A stretch of DNA of 64,000 bases from Iphione sp. A-MEVVRFRX5. Its lineage: Eukaryota. Where the stretch lies: the NCBI GenBank assembly GCA_976226885.1, contig OZ320315.1, positions 84,320,001 to 84,384,000 on the forward strand, read 5' to 3'. The translations under genes were made by a program, and so were the position numbers. Below, in pieces: positions 36,581-48,290 of the stretch. The notes under the pieces were generated by a model. The model was not told the origin of the DNA, searched no databases, and saw only the letters and a list, made by a program, of their open reading frames with translations. The stretch's first letter is position 1; each line of letters opens with the position of its first letter.

Positions 36581-39567
36581 TAAATATCGAGTGGCGGCGC
36601 AACATCAAAGGCTGCCGATGGACGTTATGTGGTCCTTTCTGACGTGAAAAATAGCTTGGAAGTGGGCCGGGTCAGACGGGCTGTCAGTAGGGGTCAGGTT
36701 GGGGTTACATCCCCCCGCCCCCCGCGTCGGCTACACTGAGCCCCGGGAGGAGGGGCGGGCTGCTGCCGAGGCCACACAAGCCCTCGCCCTCCTTCGACCC
36801 CGTATCTCACCTCCAACCCTAACCTTGTTTCTCCGGTGCCAGCCTTCTTACAATACTTCACACAAATTCTCAATCGCCGGCCATTATTCATGAAAGGTCC
36901 TCTCACAGTCTCCTCGAGAGTAAACTACCGATGCTTTTTTCAAAAGTAGCAACATACTGAATCTGGGGATTTTTCAATTTGATATTTTACTCATTCAGTT
37001 TGTGTGTCTCACAGAAAGAGGGCACGAGGTTTTCCGTATTTCTTTACCGAGTACCACGGTACGCGGATCTTCCTTTAAACCACTACAAAAGGTTGGTGTC
37101 TTTTGGTCAGGGCACCCTTCCCTAATCATCGGAGCACTAACCGTCAGTTGGTCACAAAGCACCAGGGTCCTGGCATGCTGCCTTGTCTGGATGCGAGCCA
37201 ACCAGGCACGTGCTGCCCTTCTCAGGCTTGGAGAAACTCTTTAAGAGTGAGCCATCCTGTGGTTCTCATCCTCCACCACACTTTATTTGAAATACTTATC
37301 CTGGTCTCCCTACTTTCTTTCTTTTTTGTACTATTCCTCTACCGTGTTCCACAAGCGTTCTGTCTTGACGATAACATATGGTTTTCCTTTCATCGCTGTC
37401 AATCTCGTGAGTGGTAATTACGAACACGACGGGTTCGGACTTACTTAATTGCCATTGAAGGCATCAGACACACGTGAAATGTATAAATAATGGGATGCCA
37501 ACGGCAGCGGCACGTGAGCTGGTGAATAGCTGTTGAGTGTTATGTCATCGAGTACCATGCAAATGTCATCTCTTTTTTTTGTTTTCGATTATCAGTGAAC
37601 CGTACCCGGCGCCAGGCTGCTCGTAAGTAAAAGTACATCCAAACACGTGAGCATTGTCTGGGAAAAGATGAAGGTCACCTTCAGACACTAAGTCGCCATG
37701 TGAGAATCACATGTCGATGGCAACATGGTCACGTTTGATAGCCACAGAGAAAAGAATTGAGATCTGAAAACAGACTGAGCCTTTCTCTATGGAGTTACCG
37801 CTTGACGCGGATGTCTTGCCAAGGGATTATGATGAAGAATACCGTGGATACCCTGCATAAACACTGCAAACTTAAGCATTGCCTCTTGGCTGCAGGACAA
37901 CACAGTTGCATAAAGCTAGTCCTTGTATGTTTGGATTATGGGACCCGTCTGCCGGGCACCACTTACTACACAATGTACTGCATCTCACTGAAATATAATA
38001 GTCTATCCATGTGTTTTTCTGCTGGAGGATTTCTCTTATTCATGTTTCTATGTTTCAGAGAAAAACCTTTTAGTCGTGCATGTCAATACAACAATAAAGA
38101 GGTCGCCGGCCGTAAAATGCTGAAAACACACATGAAGTCCCATGCTTGGCTGCCCATTCGGGCCATCCACGACAATGACCCACCCTGCCTGCCTAGTCCA
38201 ATCACAAGGTCGTCCATGACCTGCAGACGATGCAGAGAGAGCACGTACGGGGAAGGAAGGACCCGCGCCAAGCACATGGTATGATGGAAAGCTACGGGGT
38301 TCTGGCCACAGGTTTTTATTAAGTTATGCCAGCCGAACTATGGTTGCCTTCTTCCAGGTGTGCATGCGTCAGGTGAGGTAATAATAAATGCCAGTCACTC
38401 TCGGGGTGTCTGCGGCGAAGTGCACGATGGGGCTGGAGGTGATAGGATGGTTGAGGGGTGGGGCAGGGGTGGGTTTGGGGGGCTGACGAGCAGCCATGTT
38501 CAACAGGCCAGTGATGGACAACACGAGGCGAGAATTAATGGGACTGTCCGCCGTTGATTGCCAGGCAGATCAAGGGTCACAACCCCTGAGGTGGAAGGTG
38601 AGGCCCCAACCAAGGTAATAAGGTTGGTTATGAACACTCGTCGAAGACACGGAGCAAATGAGGCTGTATTAACTCTGTACTGTGCGATGCGTTTCAGACT
38701 GTGGTGTCCTACGCCGAACCAGTCAAAAAGATGAAGGAGACTTGGCAATGAAGCGATAATGCTCTGGTAAAAGTCCCTCCGAGGAAAACACCGAGAGCCA
38801 TTACTCCATTACTGGGTCAAAGTAATCTTATGGAGCATTGCCACCGGTGCGTCTGAACGAGCAACTTAATGTGAGGGATTTGCGGTGTGAGCCTTGCGAG
38901 CTTCAGCTATGATGGGTATGTTACCTACTGTTCGCAAGCAGGAGAGAGAGGGAACGAGGGGGACCTGCTGGTTCTACTCACTAACAACATCCTCAACCAT
39001 CCAGTACCTGCTGATGGGCTACCGCCTCTGACTGACTGCCAACAGGAGACGAGAGGCCTCGCCCTGAAAATACACGGTGCACTCGAGACGTACTCGTCGT
39101 GATCCTAGCACTGCTATTATTTCACACTGCTCCCTGTTCGTGAGGCATCCTTTCAACAACAGTCGGCTTTTTTGAGGAGGTGGGTGGGGGGAGTGTGTTT
39201 TTGAACTCAACACCATAGGCATGGTGCCCTTGGCGTCATGTTTTAAATCTTTGGGTTTTTTTTGTTCTTTAGGGGATGGGCGCGGCGGGGGGGGGGGGGG
39301 GTTACCAACGATAAAAGTTCGCCCGTTACACCAGGTTGTCCTGCTTGTAGACAGAAATAGTGTTCCCGAAATCCCACGTGATACACCCGTCCACTCCTCA
39401 GACAGCTGCGATGCTTGACAAGCGACCAGGGCGATTCGGCAAATATAATCCGGATTACTCACATGACAAGTAATCACCGTCATGCACACATTGCATAAAG
39501 GCCTGAAGATGTATTTTGTTGTAACTTGTTTTTCTGGTCCATGAAGTTTTGAAAGATAGTTCCTTAC

Positions 39568-39601
39568 CTGAAACTATACCCATGTTGCACAAAGCAAACT
39601 A
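39568..39601 (-). other. Candidate 34-nt exon carrying a start codon (MGIVS, phase-1 end)
   Basis: ctaatctaaacattccgttctttccaaag|TAGTTTGCTTTGTGCAACATGGGTATAGTTTCAG|gtaagg: branch-like CTAAT/CTAAAC, a Y-tract, an ATG in AACATGG context and a strong donor. Confidence 0.35.
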
Positions 39602-42452
39602 CTTTGGAAAGAACGGAATGTTTAGATTAGAAGGTCATATGCTCTACCAGGACGCTGGACTGGAATAATATTTGGGGCTTGTCGCTCAGTCTTGACCTAA
39701 TTAATGTTAAGCTATTGAGTTGCTCGACCGGACGCTGGAGTGTGCGGATTCGTGCTCCATTAGTGGGACCACTATCAGCGACCCCCCATGTCAGAGGAAA
39801 GCATCAAAACAAACATGGACCTCAGCTGGCAAAATACTTAACGAAGTAATGCTACATATATTTCCAGAATGTATACACAAAGTCAATGTACACATTCAAA
39901 GTGTATATGAATTAGTCAAGGCAAACGATTCTAGTTCAAAATCCGAACGAGTTTTTCTTCCCTCAAACTTGCAGGTTTGTACATAGTTGTCTTGGAAACA
40001 TTAGAAATCGTTGGTGCATTAATTAATGCTCTCCTCTATTTACCAACGCTGGATCCACTTGAATATTGAGTGCCTGACGTTGTCTCAATACGAATCACGG
40101 CAGATGTCGAGCGCTCTACATTTTGTCTATTGGGAATCTAGCACATGCACATGATTGTACTCCGTCAGAAATGAAACTTAATATGCTACATATGTCACCA
40201 CTAAAGAGAAGCCTGTTTTTTTTTATTTGACTTTCGGTCCAAACTAACAATAAACACGTTTCATATGTCCTATAGACATGTGTATGCAATATGTTAACAA
40301 CGGAGCTGTCAAAACCTTCCGGTTGGACTCTCCAGAGCCACAACATATGCAAACCGGACAAAAGGTGCCCTAATATTTTGAGACTTACTTTGAGGATGAT
40401 GAAATCCATCCTATACGATCACCTCTTAAGTAGACATGGCTGCGCCAACAGAGATGTACAGGCGGACAGCCACCAGCCGTTTGCCTCCCTCCACAATCGT
40501 CCAGCGTAAAAGATCCTCAATTACATATGTATTCCTCCTTCCTAGTGGTAATCCTTGAATAGCGTTACATCGAGCAAATCGATCTACATGTCCGTCTGTT
40601 CAGTTCACTTTCCGTCTATATTTGAGTCAACGTACGTTGTATACATAAGAGCGCCTCGGAGCAGTAAAAGTTCTCTTACTGGTTGTCTTTGTGATCTTTT
40701 TGAGCTACTTTAACTTGTCGAGAGTTTTCGTTTATTACACGTTAGTTGAGCGAAGGCCCGGATATTACGGGATCCCAAACCCACCTAAAATGTGCGCCTG
40801 CCAAGCTGCGATGCTGCGCTGATGGAGGGTGAGTTTAGCTCACTACACACCGTGGAATCCCATGCTGTAATGTTTAGTGTACACATTTCACAGATTGGTC
40901 TGGCAAGCCCACTAGCCATGCTCCCTTGCGCTCTCTCACGGACGCCCTCTCCTCCTGTGGGCTCGTTGGTCCAGCTAGCTAATCGGGTAACCTCAGCTAA
41001 CCAGCTCCAGGGGCTGATAGAGAGACGTCTCAGCACCACACAGTGGTAAGCAGAGGCTGAGAGCTGCGGCCCAAATTGCGGCTATGTGTGTCAGTTCCTC
41101 TGGCCGCCGTGAACTGCTGTCGAAGTAAGGTGCAAGCCGGATAGTTAAGGGTTGAGGGGAGGGACTACAGGGGCCTGAACTTTAGCCTCCACCTTCCAGA
41201 CCTCAACGCTCCAGCTGATAGGTGAGACAACCTTGTTTAGAGGAAACCAGTTTAACATCTGGAACGTTGCTGGTCAGATGTTTAACCTACAACAATTGCC
41301 GACTTCCCCTCCACAGCTGACCTTAATCTTTAGGTGCATTACTTTCTTGGCTCGTGTGTGAAACTCGTCTTTTTCTTTTACCGGCGGTAAAATTTGACTG
41401 CGTAGCAAGGTGTCATCTTGAAAACTTGCGGCGAGTTTCATTAAGAAAGCTGCGTTCTGGTCGACCTTTCCTGCGTGGTGTGTAAACAGACGTGCAGCCT
41501 GAGTACACGATGTGCACTCAATAATATCCTGTTGACGTCTGTCTAATCCTCAGGATAATCTCAAAGCAGTGCGTTTCCGGGACGTAGGAGAAACCCTGGT
41601 GATGTTTCCGTTCGAGAAAAGTTGGCAACAGCTGCCAAATGTAAGCTCTTCGACAAACAGACGTCTAGTAAACGGGGCCTAGGAGTGAGGAGGGCTCTGG
41701 CTGCAAAATATACTGGAGGTGGGCAGCTCTAAGCCGCAGAAGGTCTCCGGATGCTGACGCTACGGCCACCTCCAGGGTTGCTGTAGTCTCGACTGAGATC
41801 ACCAGAGAGTTAGGTCAGCATTCTGTACACTCAGTGACCTCTCCTCTATATTCATCCTTCTTTTTGTTGTTATAAAACACTGTTCGAAAAGACGGATTTG
41901 TTTTATCTGTTTCAAAGATATGAAATGAAAGTAAGTCGTTTCCACCAATCAGGGAGATAAGGTTTAATTAGTTTTAGTGATAACCGCATCAAATATGGCA
42001 TGACCACCACATTCTAATTAGTACCGGTATATGGTAACAAGGACGATGTATTACTTATCATGCATGAGTGGCGAAGTACAAATATACACGTGATAACGCA
42101 CTTAAGCACAGTTGTAGATTGTCGACGTTTTCCATACGCCCTAAACGTGAAAAATAAGCAAAGTTGGTCTGCAGTTGCTGGTTCGTTGACTCGATAGGCC
42201 GGCCATCAGACCAACAGCCAGGCTTACCTTTCCTGTCAGGCCTGCCTCGGGGTAGCCACACTCCTCTTGGTGGATAGTGGAAACTTTCTCCCTTTGATAC
42301 ACCCCTTTTCACGGTCACACTCAACTTGGGCGGTCGCGCTTGAGGTGTGAAGCGCCCGCAAAGAGTTCAGCCTGCCTCCCTCTGCCTGTTCTCGTGCAGG
42401 ATACAGTTTTTCGGGATGACTTTTAAGTGACTGCCATTTGCTTCCCTTTTAC

Positions 42453-42830
42453 CCGCGTGGTTCGGCCTGCCCGCTAGAGTGACTGTGGTGCTTTGCTAGA
42501 CCTGCGGCTGCCGTAGCGAGTCGTGTTGGTGAGCGCGGTTGTGTGTGTGTGTGTATGTGTGCGCGATGGTGCGCCTCTCGCGTACGGTGAAGTATGGGCG
42601 CTTGTGGTGGTGGCTTTGCCCAGGCGGTTCGTGTGGTGGGACCAGGGAGGGGGACTGCCAGCACAGCAGGTCCGCTGACCCAGCCTATGCATGGACTCTC
42701 CTCCCTGACTCCCTCCCTCTCCTCTCTTCTGGTGGGCCTCCTCCTCAGCGACCGCCTTGGCTCTCTCTTACCAAGGCGGCTGATCGCGTTCCGTCCGACC
42801 TGACACGCTCACACACTGAGCAGGGCATGC
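42453..42830 (-). other. Candidate non-coding first exon in a CpG island (includes a (CA)n tract)
   Basis: A GC/CpG-rich segment ends at the donor CGG|GTAAAA. A further strong donor AAG|GTAAGC ends an exon at 42228. The 5' boundary is approximate. Confidence 0.3.
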
Positions 42831-43159
42831 GTGCATGTGGCCAAGACTGTTTAGACATGCTTACAAGACAACTGACATCGTTCTCTAATCACAAGATTAA
42901 AAGCAAGACTCTGTTATAGGAACTCTTGGCGTCAAACTTCAATTTGTAACGTCAACTTCTTCAAAAAAAATAAGTGGCACGGTTGTCAGCTAGTTGTGAA
43001 CCCGTGTGGTCAGTAGCAACTTAGCTTGACACCTATAGGTGTTTGAAGTCAACACCTTTCTGTGCGAGGACATCGAGACTCGCCTCTCTGTAGGTTCTTA
43101 TCATCCCGGTGGATCATTCGAAAATAATGTTTCTAAATATGTTTTAAGATGGATTTTGC

Positions 43160-43493
43160 GTTAGTTCTAACTGCTGCATTCGTTGAACATTTGGAACAGA
43201 TAAATTTGAAAATTTGAAAGTAAAATTAAGTAAAAATAAATGATCAATTTAATATTAAACTTATTTATGCCCTCATGTCTCCTGATATTAACTATGTTGT
43301 GATCCAATCTAAACAAAATATTGTCGATTATGTTGTGATTGTAGTTAATTGGTATCTTTATACAAATAGGAGATACACCTCTCAGATTGTATATGACAGT
43401 TGAGTGAATTGGTAATCACGTTATTGTAACAAGAATTATTTTGCTATAACCTGGCTATATTTTGGCCAGGGTGAATAAAAGTTTTAAAAAAAA
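43160..43493 (+). mobile_element. Probable 5'-truncated, degenerate LINE (L1/Tx1-like) 3' end
   Basis: An AT-rich frame at 43248-43403 reads FNIKLIYALMSPDINYVVIQ...DYVVIVVNWYLYTNRR, reminiscent of the L1/Tx1 ORF2 C-terminus (my recollection, not a search). It is followed by the hairpin CCTGGC...GCCAGG (43450-43470), AATAAA (43474-43479) and an A-run (43486-43493). Confidence 0.4.
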
Positions 43494-46458
43494 TAATGAA
43501 AAGTTAATTTCTAATGCCTCGCTGTGAGGGAGATATCGAGAATAGTGCAAGTTATGTAGACAGTGGATAACGTTGTCTTAACGTTCATAACTGAGGCGAA
43601 CAACAGTGTTATTGAACAGTGCCTTATGAAAGCCATGACCATTTTTGGGGCATAAACCATGGGGTTTAATCTTCCTATGAAGTTATTTTCTTCCTCTTAC
43701 CCGAGTGTATAATGTTACCTCCATGCCTATAATCTGTCAGTAGGGGTGGGTGAAGGAGACCACAATTCCAATGACTTTGGGCAAAGCCTTAGTAATTGAT
43801 CTCCTCAGTCTCGGAGACCTACCTGACTGGCTTCCCAGCTAGGATACTGAACGCTGAGCCAACTGAATTGTTCCAACTTAATTGTCTGGGAGGTACTGAA
43901 TAGGCATTATGTTGGCACCACTGCGTATCCATGCTTTACCAGCTTGAGGAAGCGAGGGGGATCCGGAGCGTAAGGGACCGGCCGGACTACGTTATAAAAG
44001 TATTTACAGAAGTCTAAGAAGTGTCTATTAGGCGCTGTGAAACGCCTCCTGATGACAACCATTACCTTGGCCATGCCTCTTTGTTAACTGAACCCTTCCC
44101 CCTCTTGTAATCTTACAATGCGTATAAAGCTCCCGTTTGATGTACACACGTTTTAGGTGTAAGATATGCACCTATGATATGCAGGAAAATCCAGCACATA
44201 GTAATATACATCCATCTACCCATGTGTCCGATCATTGCATTGCCGTGATGCTAATTGGCTCTCGAATGGTTTTTATGTTTACAGGTCCATGTCTGGTGAT
44301 GCATAATCGATCAATTTCAATGTAATTATCAATCTGGTCACTTAGGGTTGTTCTGTCTATTGTAATTGATGTGTCTACTTGGAAAGAACATCAAATAGCG
44401 AGGGGCGAAAGCATTTGACAATATGCCATGGCTATATTAGAAAAAGTAAATATGTGTACATGGAAAAGCTTCCTAAGCTGTGTGTCAAACTTAACAGATA
44501 TTGGTCCAGATGATATCAAAGACCTAGTATGAAGTGTCCATCAGTGTACCCTTTCACCACTATTCTAAATATATTTCCAGGAAAAAAGTGGCACCCTATA
44601 TTTGAAAGTTATATGATGGATATATCATATATCTTGAAGCCATTTGTGAATGATATATTTATAAAAGGACATCAGGGATATCACCCATGTGCCAGCATAT
44701 TGTCTACCCTTTGCTCTATTACAGCAAAACGGTACTCCAAAGGGGTCTTGCTGTGTACCTTGTAACGAACACGGGCGAACTATAGAGGATGCGTGGACGA
44801 GCTACTCGTGTACCATCGAGTAGCTCATTCCCAGCATGTAATAATGGCGCAGAGGGCACACATTGCAAACCTATTGCTAAACACTTATCTCCGTGTCTCT
44901 CCTCCCACACTTACTAGCTCAAGTTAGAAGCACCTCTGGTGTGAGGATCACTGTGGCACAATTAATGCCAGTGCGCATTCGATTTCCAGGTACAGCCATG
45001 TCCCACTTCCATATATCATGGCTCTCTCAGGCCATCGACTGTGACCGTTGTCTTTTTGCCTGTTGTATGGCAACAATTCTTTCCCCACACAACCAATGTC
45101 CTGTCCTCAACCACCTTCCAATTTCACCGATCCAATGCGTCTTCATTGTTACTTGTTTCAGCGTACCATTCATCCTCTTCATTTTAAGTTGCTAAACTGT
45201 TCTGAGCAAAGTCGAGTTTGTGCGAGATTTACATTAGAGGAAGCAATCTGAGAGAGAAAAACAGGAGTGGAGTTCGGGTGACTCAGACTTTGGTGCACTG
45301 CCTATCGTGGCCTTTTTGATTAATAAGGTCATTAGCCGAGTACAATTAAAACAAAACCTACCGGCCAACTGGAGCCAAACACAGGGACAAGCACAAAGCA
45401 TACAATGGAAATGTTGGGCGAACTGTTCAATTACACTGTTTCAATTACTCAACGTTTTTCTATTATGTGCTGTGTGCGGTTTACCAGAAAGGTAGACGCA
45501 GAATTGGTGCCTTAATCGTCGTAGATCGCCAAATACAAGGTTTCTAGCGACGAGTATTTTACAATTACTATTTTTTTTATAACAATAACTAGATGTAATC
45601 GTGTAACGGGTAATTTCCCACCTATTTTTTAATAGGCTATGTGTTATCAGATGGACGAACTTTTCCTTTATATTACAAGTAGCAGGTGGAGTTTATACAT
45701 AGGGGATTGTTTTCACAAAATTCGCACCACTTTTCATTAACAAACGTTAGTCAGGTTCAAGCGTAGAGAAGAAAATCATGTACAAATATCACGTGTGAAC
45801 ACATCAAAGAAATACGTGAAAGAGTACCTGCTCCATTCAAAAGATAAGGACAAGTGCAAGTATATGTATACATACGTTATTCTGGGTTTATTGGCATTCA
45901 GTACCACTTAACATTTCTGCTGGCGACTGCCTGGATGAGACATTAGAATATGAATTATAGACGACGTACTGAAAACATCTGCCGATATACATTTTTTTTC
46001 ACATACGTATGAATACATTCTAACACGGACATGGATGTGTTCAGCCCGGAGACACAACTGTTTCTTGTAAGAGATCATCCCTTACTGTTCGAAAGAGCTA
46101 ACCAAAAAGCAGCGTTGTTCTAAGAGGAGGTGGTGTGGAGTTAATGGGCACTCCAGTCACTTAAGTGCTCCAGACGATTAACAGCAAGTCTGAAACCTTA
46201 AAATCAACAACGAGTTTCGACCAGGTTTCCTTTTGTTGTCATTGTTGACAATTAGTGCGCACAATCACGTCCAAAAGAAAACCATACTGTCACAAAAGTG
46301 CAGTATGTGCAAATTTAATAATTAAAATTGAAGATGTCATGAATAATAGTGGATCTAACGAGTGAGGAAAAATATTCAGTATGCAGTATGTAAGTACGTA
46401 TGTATACATACATGTGTTTAGCCTGCACATCTTCGATCTCCCATTCCTTATCCCTGTG

Positions 46459-46501
46459 TCACTCACTCACTCAGTCACTCACTCACTCATTCACTCACTC
46501 A
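46459..46501. repeat. (CACT)n tetranucleotide repeat
   Basis: About 10 imperfect units. Confidence 0.9.
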
Positions 46502-48119
46502 ATTACTTTTCTGCTGCTTGCTCTTATGTGTTCACATATTCAACCACTCTAAACCAATAAAAACGGATAATGAAGAGAACTGAAAAAAACACTGCCCACA
46601 TTGATTGAAAGGCTTCCAAAAATCATTTAAAGAAAAAAAAAACAAAAAAAGTCCTTATGAAATGAAATGGTTTTATGCGATTCATGGAGCCTGGGGGGCC
46701 CAGCTTACGAGCCAACAACGAAGACAACTGAGGCGAAACCACGGAGTGGAGAGTTTCTCTATAGACTCGATGCAGCCTGCCCAGACCCTGGAGGGCGCAA
46801 ACGTTCTGGCGTTCTTCTAGTTGGAAAGGCATTCACCTGGCATTTGGGTCCCTTCAGAATGGCAGACCACCCACACTTGGCAGACGATCTGGAAAACTGA
46901 CATTAGCTACACGGGAGAAGAGTCGAAATGTTTCGTAATGGGACTGCGCCACGAAGTCCTTTCGTTTCTGTCTTGACTGTTGGCTAACGGAAATTGGTGA
47001 GCTCAAACCTGGCTGGGCAAGGTGTTGCACTAACTCCAGGTGTTTTTTTTAAATGTCTGAATAGTAGATGCTATCTACAACGAGAATCTGCCCGCCGCTG
47101 TGATACTGTATTGCACAGACGTGTATACATACTCACATGTATTCCCAAACACCTGTGAGCAACAAGAGGAGAAAATAAACAAAACCTTGCTTGTTATTTG
47201 GACTGGCGCGACCACAACAGCTAGATTTAATTATCATAAAAACATGAGCAGTATACTCAGTTTTTGCTTTCAATCATTCCTGTGGTCAAATAGTTCGTGA
47301 TTATATGCCTATATGGACCCCGATGATACGGGCTTTAATAAGTACGTCTGTAAATAACAGTTCTTTGCTAAGGCATTTAACGCGCTAAATATAGCCCTAC
47401 TCTGGATAGTTCAGATCAATATTCCTGTGAAAGCAATAATAAAGTAGTGCTTCAAGAATGATCTTATCCTGCTCCAACTTTGCCTGACTTGGCTATTTTG
47501 AGTGATTGGTGTGGTTCCTTCTGTATACACTTCAGTGCTTGGACTCCGCCTCTGGCTGGGGCACATGGATCTTAACCTAATGAGCTTTCCGGGTAGGTTC
47601 GCAGTGTTTTGTCTGTGTGAACTCGAACGGACATCCCTATGCAGTGGTAGCAAAATGAGATCAACCTTGCGTGCGTTTGATCTCGGCTTAAGGCAGGGCT
47701 CTTGCTTAATTAAGCCGCGGGTAAGCTGGCTTGTCTGTACGGTCTCGGAGGCGCTGTCCCTGGGATGAACTGTGAAGATTGCCACGTTGAATTATTCATG
47801 GCGCCACCAAATTACACTGGTCTTATGATGAGGAAAGGTATACGTCCATGATACTGCTGTCAGATTCGGCCAACAGCCCTTTGGTTTATTGGCCCTACAT
47901 GTATATGTTCCTACTACAGTCTAATCATGTCAGCAGTTACTGAGGACGAGTAAGCTTCCAGTCATGACTATGGGCTCAAGACGATGGAATCTCATGTATA
48001 TCTACATGTAGTGGTAAATACATAAGGTGTGTATGCGAATAATGATAGAATACATGTATTTATTAATAACATAGGTTATTAGCATATAGGGTTTCGTTAT
48101 CCTGGTATTCTCCTTCCTC

Positions 48120-48290
48120 GCACCTTTTTTCTCTCCCCTTTCTTTTCATTCTCCATCTGTCCCCCTGTCTCCCCCATATCCCCCTCTGTCTGTCTGCCTC
48201 TCTGTATCTATGTCTATCTCCCAAACTCATTGTCCTACCTCGCTCTGTTCCTCTGACGTACACACACATATATACACACACTCATATGTA
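48120..48290. repeat. CT-rich and CA-rich low-complexity tract
   Basis: Direct reading. Confidence 0.8.

Noticed and set aside
37757-38284. 175-aa plus-strand ORF
   Set aside because: TTG start, non-protein-like composition and no recognisable family.
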